Shown here: one piece after another, positions 22,393-32,760 of the stretch
How the letters are laid out: each line of letters begins with the position of its first letter
How positions within the stretch are numbered: the first letter of the stretch is position 1
Source of the DNA: a virus
Taxonomy: Duplodnaviria > Caudoviricetes
DNA length: 64,000 nucleotides
Strand: one strand, 5' to 3'
Virus record (IMG/VR): IMGVR_UViG_3300029288_000077
Span: 1 to 64,000 of that record
The notes under the pieces: model-generated
Seen by the model: the letters and a program-made list of their open reading frames with translations, nothing else
Database searches by the model: none
Told to the model about the DNA's origin: nothing
Made by a program: the position numbers and the translations under genes

Positions 22393-23552
22393 TGTACATA
22401 ATGTTTAAAGGCAAGGGCTGTGAAAATTGCCCGTTTATGACTATTAGTAGTTCGTATGCATTTGATGGGGATATACTGTGCAATCTTAGTGAAATTGAAG
22501 ATTGTGATGGTACTAGATTACCAAAAATTGAAGCAAGTTGGGGTGAGAAGCCAAAAGAGTGCCCATTTTCAGACGGACTGCAGCAAGTAGAGATAGGAGC
22601 AGAAACCAATGAATGATAAAAAGTATGACGGAATAGAAGGTTTCGTGAAAGATTTAGGGTGTGATGTTAGGGAGTGTATAGACTGTGGCTGTTTAACCCC
22701 CGGGGGGCCAACACGGTGCAAAAGATGTGCTAGTGAAATAAAATCAGATGAATTTGTGTATCACTGTCTTGGGTGTAATAAGCTGTTGTCGGAAGAGGAA
22801 CACAAAGAACACAATTGTAACAAAAACGGTGACTTGTTTATGATGAGTGGTATTGAGGCATTTAAGAATAAAGTGTATCATATCCTGAAACCAAAATTGT
22901 CGTCTGCAAGAGAGGAACTAGAAAGGTGTCTAGAGAACATGAAAGAGGGTGCGGGCACGATACCGCATTTTAGAATTGAAAATGTGTACATAGACGAAAA
23001 AGACCCCACTAAGGTACACTGCGATGTGCGGGCGCACCCGGATCTAATAGAGTTTATGCTGAACCATGAATTCATTAAACTGACCCCCACCGAGGATGGG
23101 TATACTTTTTCTACGGAAGGACTTGACTTTCCAATTCTGGGTGGTACTCGAAAAGAAACGAAACATGAGGAGATCATGAGTACAGAGAACAAGAATCGCA
23201 AACAAGGACCATTTACCTCTTACATCAGGCTGGGTGGGAAAGGTGCTATTACTTTAGTGTGGGATGAACTAGATGATGGCTATAAGGTAGGTATCTCGTT
23301 TTGTGCTCCGTGTGATAAATTTGATAAAAACCGTGGTGGGTGGTTTGCGTTGTGTAAATACAACAACACACCAATTGTGGTACCCAAGGTTGGTGGTTTG
23401 AAGAAATCTGTGATTGAGTACCTGAAGTACAACTTGGTGCACAGCGATAAGTTACACGTAAAGGTGTATAGGAGCCATGATGATAGGGCCTCCGGTAATT
23501 TTGTGCACTGGCTTGAAGAATTCTTAGTAAACACCAAGTCACTGAATTTGAA

Positions 23553-24035
23553 GTGATTATCACAGTACAGCAGCGCGGGGGCGCAAAGCTAGACCACCAA
23601 CTGCTGGTGGATACCTTTGTGTTTTGTGTGTGCACTGCCAGCTCGGAGATGCACAAAAACATAAAAAAAGTAATAATAAATATCACCAGTGTTATAGAAA
23701 AGAAAAGCTGGGCTTACTGTATTCCAGATAAAGGTGTGTTTGTCCTAAGAGTTAAGAAGGATCTCAGGTTGAGTGAAAAGCTTATATGTGTTATACATGA
23801 GGCGGGCCATTTTATACAGTACGTTGAAGGCAGGTTGGTTTGGGCAGGCAGCAAGAAAAGCAAACTGCTGTTTGAGGGCAAGGATACAAAAGACCAGAGT
23901 GTAATGGATAGATGTGAGAAAGAAGCCACGGATTTCGAAAAACTGATGTTTGATAAGTTTTTGAAAAGTAAAGGGCTGACACGTTCAGATGTGTGCGTTA
24001 ACTCTAATAAGTATATACCAAAAGCGAGGGTGTAA
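23553..24035 (+). CDS. zincin metallopeptidase-like protein
   Basis: IHEAGHFIQ and downstream EKEA. Confidence 0.6.
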   Translation: MIITVQQRGGAKLDHQLLVDTFVFCVCTASSEMHKNIKKVIINITSVIEKKSWAYCIPDKGVFVLRVKKDLRLSEKLICVIHEAGHFIQYVEGRLVWAGSKKSKLLFEGKDTKDQSVMDRCEKEATDFEKLMFDKFLKSKGLTRSDVCVNSNKYIPKARV

Positions 24036-25408
24036 TGCGAGTGGAGGTGTGTGGGTATACCGTTCCGGTGTGTGATAAGTTTGGTTGTTCCTTTTCTCCG
24101 ATTTTATCGCCAGAGCCTGTTTCTGCGGCGTTTGCCAGAATCTCGCGTTCTACAAAATCAGTGGATGAGTTGGTGTGCGAGTCAGTGCAAGATGTAGAAT
24201 CTGCGCGCAAGTCAAATGAGACCATAGTATTTGATTATGGCCACGCTAGCATTGCAGAGCACGCAGTGTTCAATGTGAATGTAATTGGTGTTTCTAGGTT
24301 GTGTACTGAGTTCATAGAAAGTCATCGTTTGGCTAGTTACACAGAAAAGTCACAACGTTATGTAAAGTTCGAAAATGATTTCCACGTACCAGAAGAAATA
24401 GAATGTTTTGGTTCTGCGGTGATAAATAAATACTGTGAAATCATGGAAAAGCACTTTAACTGTTACAAGAAAGTATCAGAAGGAATTGACAAGAAAAATA
24501 AGAATGCCTTTGAAGACGTAAGGTACATACTTCCTCTTGCAACCAATACGCAACTTGGGATGACCGTCAATGCCCGCGAGGCTGAATTGATGGTCAGAAA
24601 AGGCATGGTTCATAGGCTTGCTGAGGTTCGCAGTTTTGCCGATAAACTATATTTGGAAATTCAGAAGATTGCCCCCTCACTAATAAAAGCCAGACCGATG
24701 GTAGACGTTGATTCACTATTTTCTGAGTTTGTGAAAGAAAATGGACCGATTGATGGGTCTGCTGATAATGCAGCAAATATGTTTATTAGGGAGTCTAATG
24801 ATTTGATTGATTCAATATTGTACGATGAAATAATCAAACAGTATTTGCAAAGCGAAGTATCAAATATATCCATACCTACTTATGGGTATATAATAGATCA
24901 ACTGTGTGAAAAACTGGACCCGTTTACTCTTCCAAGGTTCATGGAATTGGCCGAATTTGACTTTATGATTTATCTTTCTGCAAGTGCTTTTGCGCAGATA
25001 AAGAGACACAGGATGGGAACACTTATACCTAGACCGTATCTTAGAGACAGAGGCAACATTTACGAGAAGTTTGACGTGAACAACTGTGTAATACCGGAGT
25101 CATTGAAGTGGAATCAAGAGTACATGGGAAGTATGATTGCATGCATGCAGGAATCGGTGAAGTTTATTTATGAGAATAACGTGCCGTTGTGTGTGGCAGA
25201 GTATTTTGTAACTAATGCTATGAAACGGTGGGTTAGATATAAGATCAATGCCAGGTCTTTTGGTAATTTTAGTAGACTTAGACGCGATTCACACGCACAA
25301 TGGGAGATTAGAGACCTAGCTAACCAGATGTTTGAAAGAGTGAAAATGGTGGCCCCAATAACTAGTAAACTATACTATCCAAGGGAGTGCGGTGATGAAA
25401 GGTCTTAA
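24035..25408 (+). CDS. thyX: FAD-dependent thymidylate synthase (two-domain form)
   Basis: YGHASIAEH, SR......HRLASYTEKSQRY, RYILP, second QIKRHR and LRRDSHAQWEIR. Confidence 0.9.
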   Translation: MRVEVCGYTVPVCDKFGCSFSPILSPEPVSAAFARISRSTKSVDELVCESVQDVESARKSNETIVFDYGHASIAEHAVFNVNVIGVSRLCTEFIESHRLASYTEKSQRYVKFENDFHVPEEIECFGSAVINKYCEIMEKHFNCYKKVSEGIDKKNKNAFEDVRYILPLATNTQLGMTVNAREAELMVRKGMVHRLAEVRSFADKLYLEIQKIAPSLIKARPMVDVDSLFSEFVKENGPIDGSADNAANMFIRESNDLIDSILYDEIIKQYLQSEVSNISIPTYGYIIDQLCEKLDPFTLPRFMELAEFDFMIYLSASAFAQIKRHRMGTLIPRPYLRDRGNIYEKFDVNNCVIPESLKWNQEYMGSMIACMQESVKFIYENNVPLCVAEYFVTNAMKRWVRYKINARSFGNFSRLRRDSHAQWEIRDLANQMFERVKMVAPITSKLYYPRECGDERS

Positions 25409-25710
25409 AATAGAAACAATTGGCCGCCAAGAAAATCCTAGAACTGTTGGTAGCACCTTCCTTAAAATCTGCGGTGTTCAGATCGGTGGTGTACGTGAGC
25501 TTCAGTACACAGTTGATGCTAGAGACTTAAAACCTAAAATGGTACTTGTGTTTGAGTTTGAACCAATCATTCCTTCTGAAAGTGGCAAAGATTTTATGTC
25601 TGTGGTTGAAGACCTTAGGTATATTTGCAATGCAGACATATTAACCCCTACGCAGTGGATACTCATAGAGCACGGTCAAGTGATTGTAAACCAGAAACCA
25701 GAGCAATGAT

Positions 25711-26199
25711 ATGAAGAAGAAAACCTTTCGCAAGTGTGTGTATGTGAGTAGTGCCCTTAGTGGCGACATCAAGAGAAATCGCAGACTTGCTATAGAATAT
25801 TGTAAGTGGACTTCGAAGCAAGGAGCGGCTGCATACGCGCCGCACGTGCTTTGTACTATTTGGCTAGATGACACCGTACCGGAAGATCGTAAAGAGGGCA
25901 TGGAAAATGGTGACGCATTTTTAAATAAGTGCGACGAAATGTGGGCGTTTTTTCCAAAGAAAGGTGAGTATAACTGGTCTAAGGGCATGACCAGTGAGTT
26001 CAAACAGTTTGCTAAAGAACACCCATTGCAGCCAATACGAATGTTTGTTAGAATTGGAAAGATGAAGTACAAGGAAGTTAGTGACTATAAACTATGGCCA
26101 AGATTTAAGGGCGTGAAGGTAAAAAGAGTATATCAAGACATATACAATGCTATATTGACACCACAGGAGTGGACTGGTTTTGTTAAGAACACCAAGTAA
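25711..26199 (+). CDS. nucleoside deoxyribosyltransferase-like (DUF4406-type) protein
   Basis: VYVSSALSGD, APH, LDD..PEDR..G, CDEMWAF, SKGM..E. Confidence 0.65.
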   Translation: MKKKTFRKCVYVSSALSGDIKRNRRLAIEYCKWTSKQGAAAYAPHVLCTIWLDDTVPEDRKEGMENGDAFLNKCDEMWAFFPKKGEYNWSKGMTSEFKQFAKEHPLQPIRMFVRIGKMKYKEVSDYKLWPRFKGVKVKRVYQDIYNAILTPQEWTGFVKNTK

Positions 26200-26278
26200 T
26201 GTCTCCAAAGTACGTAAATAGTCACGTCAGCTAATACTGTTGAACTGTTGAATGTTATTGTGGGGATGAGGTTATAAC

Positions 26279-26491
26279 GTGATGTTTGTACTTGCAGTCA
26301 TAAAGAAACTCCGAAAACAGGACGTAGATCCAGACAAACCACTTTCAGAACAAGTTTGGGGTGTGTACACAAAAGACGGTAAAAAGTTACTTGGACGCCA
26401 CAAATCTAGATCTTCTGCGGAGAAGCAGCTTGCCGCGATCGAAATAAATAAGCATGGATACATAGAAAAAGCCATTAGAGAACTGGTGTAA
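26279..26491 (+). CDS. small basic phage protein
   Basis: GVYTKDGKKLLGRHKSR..AEKQLAAIE; C-terminal YIEKAIREL tag. Confidence 0.5.
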   Translation: MMFVLAVIKKLRKQDVDPDKPLSEQVWGVYTKDGKKLLGRHKSRSSAEKQLAAIEINKHGYIEKAIRELV

Positions 26492-26492
26492 C

Positions 26493-27575
26493 ATGGGCTT
26501 TCGAGTAGATTTAGAAACCGAGAAAAAAGTGTGTGAATTATACAAGAGTGGTGAAACTATACAAAAAATAGCGGATTGGTGTAACATTACTAATAAAACC
26601 GTGTATAGAGTAATAGACAGGTATGGTGTTCCTAAGATCAGAAATGAGTGGTTTAGTAGGACCATAGAAACATCTATCGGAATGTATAAAGGATGTAGTA
26701 AATGTAAACAATCTTTAGAAGCAACAAAGGAATTTTGGATGTCGGACGGCAAAAGACTTGGCTGTTATTGTAAACGGTGTGATTCTGAGTATAGAAGGAA
26801 CAGATATCCAGAGTTAGCGAACAAAATATCGGAGCGTGGTAAAAAGTACCATTCCGAAAATAGAGAAAAAAGAAATGCTGCGTGCAGAGAGTGGCACAAA
26901 AATAATCCAGAAAAATGGAAAGAGTTAAGGAAGAAATGGTGCAGCGAACACAAAGAATGGGAGAGAGAAAGAAGCAAGAGAAGAAGGATTGAGGCTGGTC
27001 CAATTATACTAAAAGATCTTGAACTTATAAGAGAATATGGTATTACACTTCAACAGTATGATGGTGTGTTGTTATCGCAAAACAATGTTTGTGCGATTTG
27101 CAGAAAACCAGAAACTGCTGTTGATTCTAGAACAGGAAAAGTGCGCTATTTATCTGTTGATCACAATCATAAATTCGGTAAAAAAGATGCTGCTGGTCAT
27201 AGAGGTTTGTTGTGCAAGAATTGTAATTTGGCTATAGGTAGGATTGATGACCTAGAAATAATTGACAGTGCTATTGTTTATTTGAGCGGTTACACAAAAG
27301 AACATAACTGTGTGTCTATGAAACAATTTAGAGATGTGCACACAAAACTTCAGAACAATAAATGTAAAATTTGTGGTAAACCAGAAAAATCAATCAATCC
27401 GTACACAAAGACGGCACACATTTTGTCGTTGGACCATGATCATAGTATGGAAAAGAAGGATCCCAGGAGCTGGCGTGGTTTGATATGTATGAGATGTAAT
27501 ACTGTGATTGGTTTCTTTTATAATAAAATACTGTTGTTGTCAGTAAAAAGATACTTAGAAAAATATGGATTGTGA
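26493..27575 (+). CDS. endonuclease VII-family homing endonuclease, two nuclease domains
   Basis: YGITL, Q...CAIC...LSVDHNH...RGLLC..CN..IG occurring twice; N-terminal HTH. Confidence 0.85.
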   Translation: MGFRVDLETEKKVCELYKSGETIQKIADWCNITNKTVYRVIDRYGVPKIRNEWFSRTIETSIGMYKGCSKCKQSLEATKEFWMSDGKRLGCYCKRCDSEYRRNRYPELANKISERGKKYHSENREKRNAACREWHKNNPEKWKELRKKWCSEHKEWERERSKRRRIEAGPIILKDLELIREYGITLQQYDGVLLSQNNVCAICRKPETAVDSRTGKVRYLSVDHNHKFGKKDAAGHRGLLCKNCNLAIGRIDDLEIIDSAIVYLSGYTKEHNCVSMKQFRDVHTKLQNNKCKICGKPEKSINPYTKTAHILSLDHDHSMEKKDPRSWRGLICMRCNTVIGFFYNKILLLSVKRYLEKYGL

Positions 27576-27981
27576 AATGGCTCGAATAATCATATGTGAT
27601 GATAGTATTTCATTTTGTGAGATGATGAAAGATATGCTATTAAAATGTTCTAATAAGAGGTATGAATCTTCTTTTGAGTTAAAAGTGGATGGAGCACACA
27701 GTGCTGTTGAGTTTTTTGATATGATAAAATCACGTAATTATGAATTGGTGATATTGGATATAATATTGGCTCGTGATGATGGCTGGGCAATTTTGTCGGA
27801 GATTCGCAAGGACAAATCTAAGTCTGATCTTCCAGTGATAGTGGTGTCTGCTGTAGATAGCGTAGATTTGAAGTATGAGTCGATAAGAAAAGGTGCGGTA
27901 GATGGTTTTGCTAAGCCTCTTCGGGGGGAAGAGCTAAAGCGTTTTGTGGATGTGGTATTCAACTTGGTCGTGGACAGGTAA
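27565..27981 (+). CDS. single-domain response regulator (receiver)
   Basis: IIICDDS, LVILDI...DG, PVIVVSA, GA...AKP. Confidence 0.88.
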   Translation: MDCEMARIIICDDSISFCEMMKDMLLKCSNKRYESSFELKVDGAHSAVEFFDMIKSRNYELVILDIILARDDGWAILSEIRKDKSKSDLPVIVVSAVDSVDLKYESIRKGAVDGFAKPLRGEELKRFVDVVFNLVVDR

Positions 27982-28000
27982 CACAAAGGGGACGGGCTAC

Positions 28001-28486
28001 ATGGAAACTCCACAAATAGTTACGTTGGCGGTTGCGGTATTTGCTGCTTTCATGACTCTTATTATAGGTGTGTGGTTGAAGAAACTGTTTTCATCGTTTG
28101 TTGACAGCATAAAGGAAAAGGTTGACAAGTCTGTAGATAAAGAATCGTTTGAAGCATTTAAGAAAGAAATACAAAATAACGTGCAGGCAGTTTTAGGGAA
28201 AGTGGGTGGTATAGAGCGAGAATGTAAAGATATAGACCAAGTAAACCGAGGCCAAGAAAAAGACATCACCAGACTTCAAGAGTGCACGCGTGATCTAGAC
28301 TCAATAAGAAAACAAATGCTTGTTATTGAATCGTTGAAGTCTGAATTTTTGGAGAAATTTACGCGTCGCGGGGACTTTATACGTGAAATGCAGTTGTTGA
28401 ATTCGCAGTTGGAAATCATACAGAAAAAGATTGATAAGCTAGATGAGCGCATAAACAGACGTGCGTTCAAAGTGGTAGAGGAGTGA
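28001..28486 (+). CDS. membrane-anchored coiled-coil protein (holin-like possible)
   Basis: single N-terminal TM helix plus heptad-rich tail. Confidence 0.45.
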   Translation: METPQIVTLAVAVFAAFMTLIIGVWLKKLFSSFVDSIKEKVDKSVDKESFEAFKKEIQNNVQAVLGKVGGIERECKDIDQVNRGQEKDITRLQECTRDLDSIRKQMLVIESLKSEFLEKFTRRGDFIREMQLLNSQLEIIQKKIDKLDERINRRAFKVVEE

Positions 28487-28720
28487 TAGGTAATGGGCAC
28501 TAACACTATCAAGGAAAGATTTGCACACGTAATAGACAAATTAACTGGTATGAATGGTGGTGGTAAGTTAGAATTGAAGAAGATGGTTGAAAGAGGTGAA
28601 ATCGATGATGTGGAAGCTAGCATCATTGAAACATACGCGGTATGTGAAAAGATAAAGAGATCTATAGACAGACTATCAGAAGCCGTATAACTATTAATAA
28701 CGAAACGAAAAGCAGGCTCG

Positions 28721-29281
28721 ATGATCACCAAATTCAATCAAAGTATAGGTGATGTGGTGTTGGTGGAGTCTTCGAAGTACGAAGACGATCGTGGGTTTTT
28801 GTCAGAAGTATTTAACGAAATGGAGTATGAGAAGGCAATTGGTAAGTCTATTAGTATCAAACAGTTGAATACATCGTGTTCAAAGAAGGGTGTTATTAGA
28901 GGAATACACTATGCTGTTAATAACCCGCAGGGGAAATTGGTGCAGGTGTTGAGTGGTGCTGTGTACGATGTAGCCGTTGATTTGAGAGCAAATTCTCCAA
29001 CCTTCAGCAAATGGTGTGCTGCATTTTTGATGAATGACACTGATGCGTGTAGATTGCTGTGGATTCCACCTGGGTTTGGGCACGCTTTTATGGCCTTGGC
29101 AGATAATACCATCATTCAGTATTTGATGACTGAAGTGTATGAAAAAGATAATGACAGAACGATTTTATACAATGATCCTACTATTAATATTAGGTGGCCA
29201 ACATTTTTTGTTGATAAAGTGGTTGTGTCGGAAAAGGACAAAAACGGTAAAAGGCTGACAGAAGCAGAAGTGTATGGTTGA
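28721..29281 (+). CDS. rfbC: dTDP-4-dehydrorhamnose 3,5-epimerase
   Basis: DDRGF, GVIRGIHY, QGKLV, DVAVDLR.NSPTF, LWIPPGFGHAF, YNDP.I.I.WP, SEKD. Confidence 0.95.
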   Translation: MITKFNQSIGDVVLVESSKYEDDRGFLSEVFNEMEYEKAIGKSISIKQLNTSCSKKGVIRGIHYAVNNPQGKLVQVLSGAVYDVAVDLRANSPTFSKWCAAFLMNDTDACRLLWIPPGFGHAFMALADNTIIQYLMTEVYEKDNDRTILYNDPTINIRWPTFFVDKVVVSEKDKNGKRLTEAEVYG

Positions 29282-29763
29282 TTTAATAGGAAAATGGGTA
29301 AAATTGTACAACGGTATCATTATGAATGTAGTAAAAGAAATTGATGCTGATTACGTGTTGTGTGCGTTTATACCATGCTCCAAGAACTCGAAGAGGTATA
29401 AAATAAAGAAGTCAGATATTGTGGAAGTAACTGATAGGGAAACAAAACGTCCAGCAGGGTGTGTTTAATAGCTTGATTGTGTGGCTGATTTGTGGTATGA
29501 TTGCGTTGGAGGTCATATGACTGAAGCTGTGAAAATAGAGATGCCATCTAAGTTGCTGGTTCTGACTGATGAAGATGATATCAAGCTTGCTACAAAGATG
29601 TGGCAATTGTGGAGTGTGGTGCATGAAGCAGTTTGGGGTGATTTTTACATGACCAAAATCAAGCACGGTGAGTGTGATGAAAAAACCCGTGCCGCGTATG
29701 AAGAGTACAGAGATTTTATTTTTAGGTGTCTGGAAGAACACGGTATAGACATTAATGAATAAT

Positions 29764-29837
29764 ACCCCCGTTGTCTAATAGGAGAAGACACCTGGCCTCT
29801 ACCCAGGTAACTGCGGGTTCGAGTCCTGCCGGGGGTG
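29764..29837 (+). tRNA. tRNA-Arg(TCT), atypical anticodon loop
   Basis: acceptor ACCCCCG/CGGGGGT, D stem GTCT/AGAC with A20, anticodon arm CCTGG-CCTCTAC-CCAGG, GGTTCGAGTCC. Confidence 0.75.
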
Positions 29838-29841
29838 TTGT

Positions 29842-29916
29842 GCACCGTTAGCTCAACTAGGTTAGAGCGCGTGGCTGTTAACCACGAGGTTGAACGTTCA
29901 ATTCGTTCACGGTGCG
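29842..29916 (+). tRNA. tRNA-Asn(GTT)
   Basis: acceptor GCACCGT/ACGGTGC, anticodon arm CGTGG-CTGTTAA-CCACG, T arm GAACG-TTCAATT-CGTTC. Confidence 0.95.
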
Positions 29917-30265
29917 TGTGGTTGCAATGAAACTGGCGGGTGTACTTCTGAAAGGCGGTACAATACGTGACCGATGTACCAGTAGTAAACATAAAAGTGG
30001 ATTTGCTTACATTGTTGTGTGCTGTTCAAGATTGTTGTCTGGGTGAGTACTCCAGGACAGGCGGTTTTTTGAAAATAAACAAGGATAATGAACTGCTCGA
30101 TGGATACCACAGGCTGGTGGAGTGTATGGTGCTGGGTGTAAAAGAATTGAGGTGTGAAGTAGGAAACGGTGATACTAATCCTGCAAGGGAGGAATTTATT
30201 GCAAAGCCGAACGACAGGTTTTGTGGTTTGGAAAGATATTATGATGCAAGTGTGCTTGAAGATGT

Positions 30266-30628
30266 GTGTTGTGCGCTAGGAGGTGGCGTGTGATTAATGT
30301 TGCGAATGTAAGATACACCAAATACAGCAAAAATGATCCGACTGTGATATATGTAGGGCGAAAAATGAAAGATTTTGGTGGCTCTGTGTTGGGCAATCCA
30401 TATAAAATAAACAAACAGGACAATGTTTTAGATACTGGAAGAGATAAAGTAATTCGTAAGTACAAAATGTGGTTGTTAGAGAGAATGAAAGACAAAGAGT
30501 CCGATCAGTTCAAGGAAATGATCAGACTAAAGAGACTGTCTGAGGCAGGGAATTTGACGTTGCTGTGTTGGTGTTGGCCTTTGCATTGTCATGGTGATGT
30601 AATAAAGGAGATACTTGAGAGTATGTAA
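30266..30628 (+). CDS. DUF4326-like protein (true start probably ~30290)
   Basis: IYVGR...GSVLGNPY...R..VI.KY..WL...L.CWC.P..CHGDVI. Confidence 0.8.
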   Translation: MLCARRWRVINVANVRYTKYSKNDPTVIYVGRKMKDFGGSVLGNPYKINKQDNVLDTGRDKVIRKYKMWLLERMKDKESDQFKEMIRLKRLSEAGNLTLLCWCWPLHCHGDVIKEILESM

Positions 30629-30656
30629 TTTACTTCCTTTGCGAATGCAGTATAAT
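30629..30656 (+). promoter_or_regulatory. promoter TTTACT-N16-TATAAT
   Basis: intergenic, followed by AGGAGG RBS. Confidence 0.65.
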
Positions 30657-30676
30657 ATCAATTAGGAGGTACTTAC

Positions 30677-31177
30677 GTGACAGACAAGAGTGTTGCTACA
30701 CCGAGATCGATTCCGGAAAATTATTACAGCAACTACTTGGGTAGATATGTCTTGGAGTTGTGTGATCGGTACAACAAAAGTTTGACAGATGTTGCGCACA
30801 GGCTCCACTGCGGGAGACCTACGCTATATGCATTTGTGACTGGAAGACGTAAGTACATTGACAGCACCATTTTGGATCGACTGGGAGCAGTATTCCCCAA
30901 TGTTGATATGGATAACGTGCGCAGGCTTGAAAAGATGGATGAAGAGGAAAACGTGCGCCGAAGACCGGGCGTGAAGGTCATCAAGAAATGGAACAAAACT
31001 GGTAGTGTGGTGACGCCAGAAAAGGTGATTGGCGCACCAGTTGGCGTGGACTCTGTATCTAGAATAAAATTGGCTCTGTGGGATACGCTGGACGGATCAC
31101 TTACTCTGTCTACTGCTAGGTCTATTTTAGAAACCATGCTTGATGCGATGACGTCACCAACGTCGGAGAAAAAGTGA
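30677..31177 (+). CDS. XRE-like HTH protein
   Basis: SLTDVAHRLHCGRPTLYAFVTGRR. Confidence 0.6.
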   Translation: MTDKSVATPRSIPENYYSNYLGRYVLELCDRYNKSLTDVAHRLHCGRPTLYAFVTGRRKYIDSTILDRLGAVFPNVDMDNVRRLEKMDEEENVRRRPGVKVIKKWNKTGSVVTPEKVIGAPVGVDSVSRIKLALWDTLDGSLTLSTARSILETMLDAMTSPTSEKK

Positions 31178-31442
31178 TGGATGCAATCCTTGCAAAGTGC
31201 CCATTTTGTGGTCAGCAACAGACTTTTACCACAGACAAACTTTGTCAAATAGGGATTACTGCACGTGGCAGCAAGTCCAAAATGTACAGGGTCGGTGATG
31301 CTGTAAGACCTGGAGGCATGTGCAGATCAGATGCCAAACTTGTACTGGACAGTGAGTGTCCAGGGTGTCACGAAAAGCCTGTGTTGGCCTTGAAGGGGTA
31401 CAAGATTGGTGGCATGTTACGTAGCGCGGACGAGAATCTAAC

Positions 31443-31943
31443 ATGACATTGGTAGCCAAAGCCATAGAGTTTGCCAAGATTGCCCACGGCGATCAAAAGT
31501 ATGGTGATAAGCCATATTTTCAACATCTGCTTGAAGTGGGTATGGCAGTAACGCTGTCCAAGATGCACTATAAACATGTGGGTGATGATGAGGTAATATG
31601 TGCCGCGTTTTTGCATGATGTGCTTGAGGATACTGAAGTTACGCGCAAACAGTTGATTGAGGAGTTTGGAGTCAAAGTTGCAGATTTAGTTTTTGCAGTC
31701 ACTGATGAGCCTGGCATCAGCCGGAAGGAAAAGAAGGCAAAAACTTTATTGAAAATTGCGGGGGCTGGTGATGCCGCCACGCTAATCAAGCTGTGTGACA
31801 GGATCTGTAACATGCGTAACAGCGCCGGTACTAGTTTTATGGATATGTATAAGAAAGAGGCAGCAGAATTTAAAAGGGTGTTATATAGGAAAGGGCTGTT
31901 CGAGGAATTGTGGTCAGAATTCGATGCGCTGGTGAAATCATGA
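31443..31943 (+). CDS. HD-domain (p)ppGpp hydrolase-like (small alarmone hydrolase/Mesh1 type)
   Basis: AH.DQKYG.KPY..HL.EV, AAFLHDVLEDT, FG..VA.LV..VTD, IKL.DRI.N. Confidence 0.88.
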   Translation: MTLVAKAIEFAKIAHGDQKYGDKPYFQHLLEVGMAVTLSKMHYKHVGDDEVICAAFLHDVLEDTEVTRKQLIEEFGVKVADLVFAVTDEPGISRKEKKAKTLLKIAGAGDAATLIKLCDRICNMRNSAGTSFMDMYKKEAAEFKRVLYRKGLFEELWSEFDALVKS

Positions 31944-32049
31944 AGACGAAATATGCGCGATCATTTAGTGGGGCGCGGGTGGGCTTGTCTCGGCACGTCC
32001 AGGCACACCTCGGTACGGCTTGGGTAGCTAAATATCAAGAGGAGAACAT

Positions 32050-32760
32050 TTGATGAAAGTGATTGATAGCTTCCGTGGTGAACATGCTTTTCTGTCTAAT
32101 TTTTATGCATGTAACATATCTGTCGGTCTCAATTGTTTTAGCTCTTCGGAACAGATGTATCAGTATTATAAGACTACGGACGCGAAATTCAGAAAATTGA
32201 TTCTGTCTGATGGTGGCAACCCATCTGTAGCCAAGAGGCTTGGTTGTAAGGCTCCACTACATGAAGATTTTGAGAAGAACAAGCTGAGTATTATGTATTT
32301 GGTGGTATTTGAGAAATTTATTCAAAATCTAGATTTGCGTGATAGACTTTTACAAACCGAGAACGCCAAATTGGTAGAGGGCAACAACTGGAAAGATGTG
32401 TTTTGGGGCGTGTGTGGAGGTAAGGGTGAGAATCACTTAGGAAAGATCCTGATGCAGGTGCGCCACCATTTTCAGTGTTGCCGTAATTCCAAAATTTACA
32501 TGGAAACAGTAGATTTTGTTGGTGGTACGTTGGACGATGTTTATGAGAAAAAAAGTGAAAATGAGAGAAGGCAGCAAGACGAGAAGGTCGTTAGGAATAT
32601 TGCTAAATGCAAGAAGTGTGGTGACGTAATAGAATCTAAATATCGACATGATTTCGTTCAGTGTAAGTGTGGTGCTATTTTTGTTGATGGTGGACACGAC
32701 TATTATAGGCGCGGTGGTAACTTAGAAGATTTTGATGAGATTGACCCCTCCGTTGATTAA
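32050..32760 (+). CDS. NADAR (YbiA-like) protein fused to C-terminal Cys-rich domain
   Basis: FLSNFY, SSEQ.YQ..K, KF.QN..L...LL.T, LVEGN.W.D.FWG, GENHLGKILM; tail CKKCGDVIES..RHDF..C.CG...VDGG. Confidence 0.88.
   Translation: MMKVIDSFRGEHAFLSNFYACNISVGLNCFSSSEQMYQYYKTTDAKFRKLILSDGGNPSVAKRLGCKAPLHEDFEKNKLSIMYLVVFEKFIQNLDLRDRLLQTENAKLVEGNNWKDVFWGVCGGKGENHLGKILMQVRHHFQCCRNSKIYMETVDFVGGTLDDVYEKKSENERRQQDEKVVRNIAKCKKCGDVIESKYRHDFVQCKCGAIFVDGGHDYYRRGGNLEDFDEIDPSVD

Noticed and set aside
29764-29837. Amber suppressor tRNA (CTA visible in loop) and stop-codon recoding
   Set aside because: Stem register places TCT at 34-36. Known genes are uninterrupted, and TAG stops (37711, 40910, 48037) are followed by an RBS and a new start.
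31443-31480. MTLVAKAIEFA as another copy of the peptide tag
   Set aside because: This is the normal first helix of RelA/SpoT-type HD domains.
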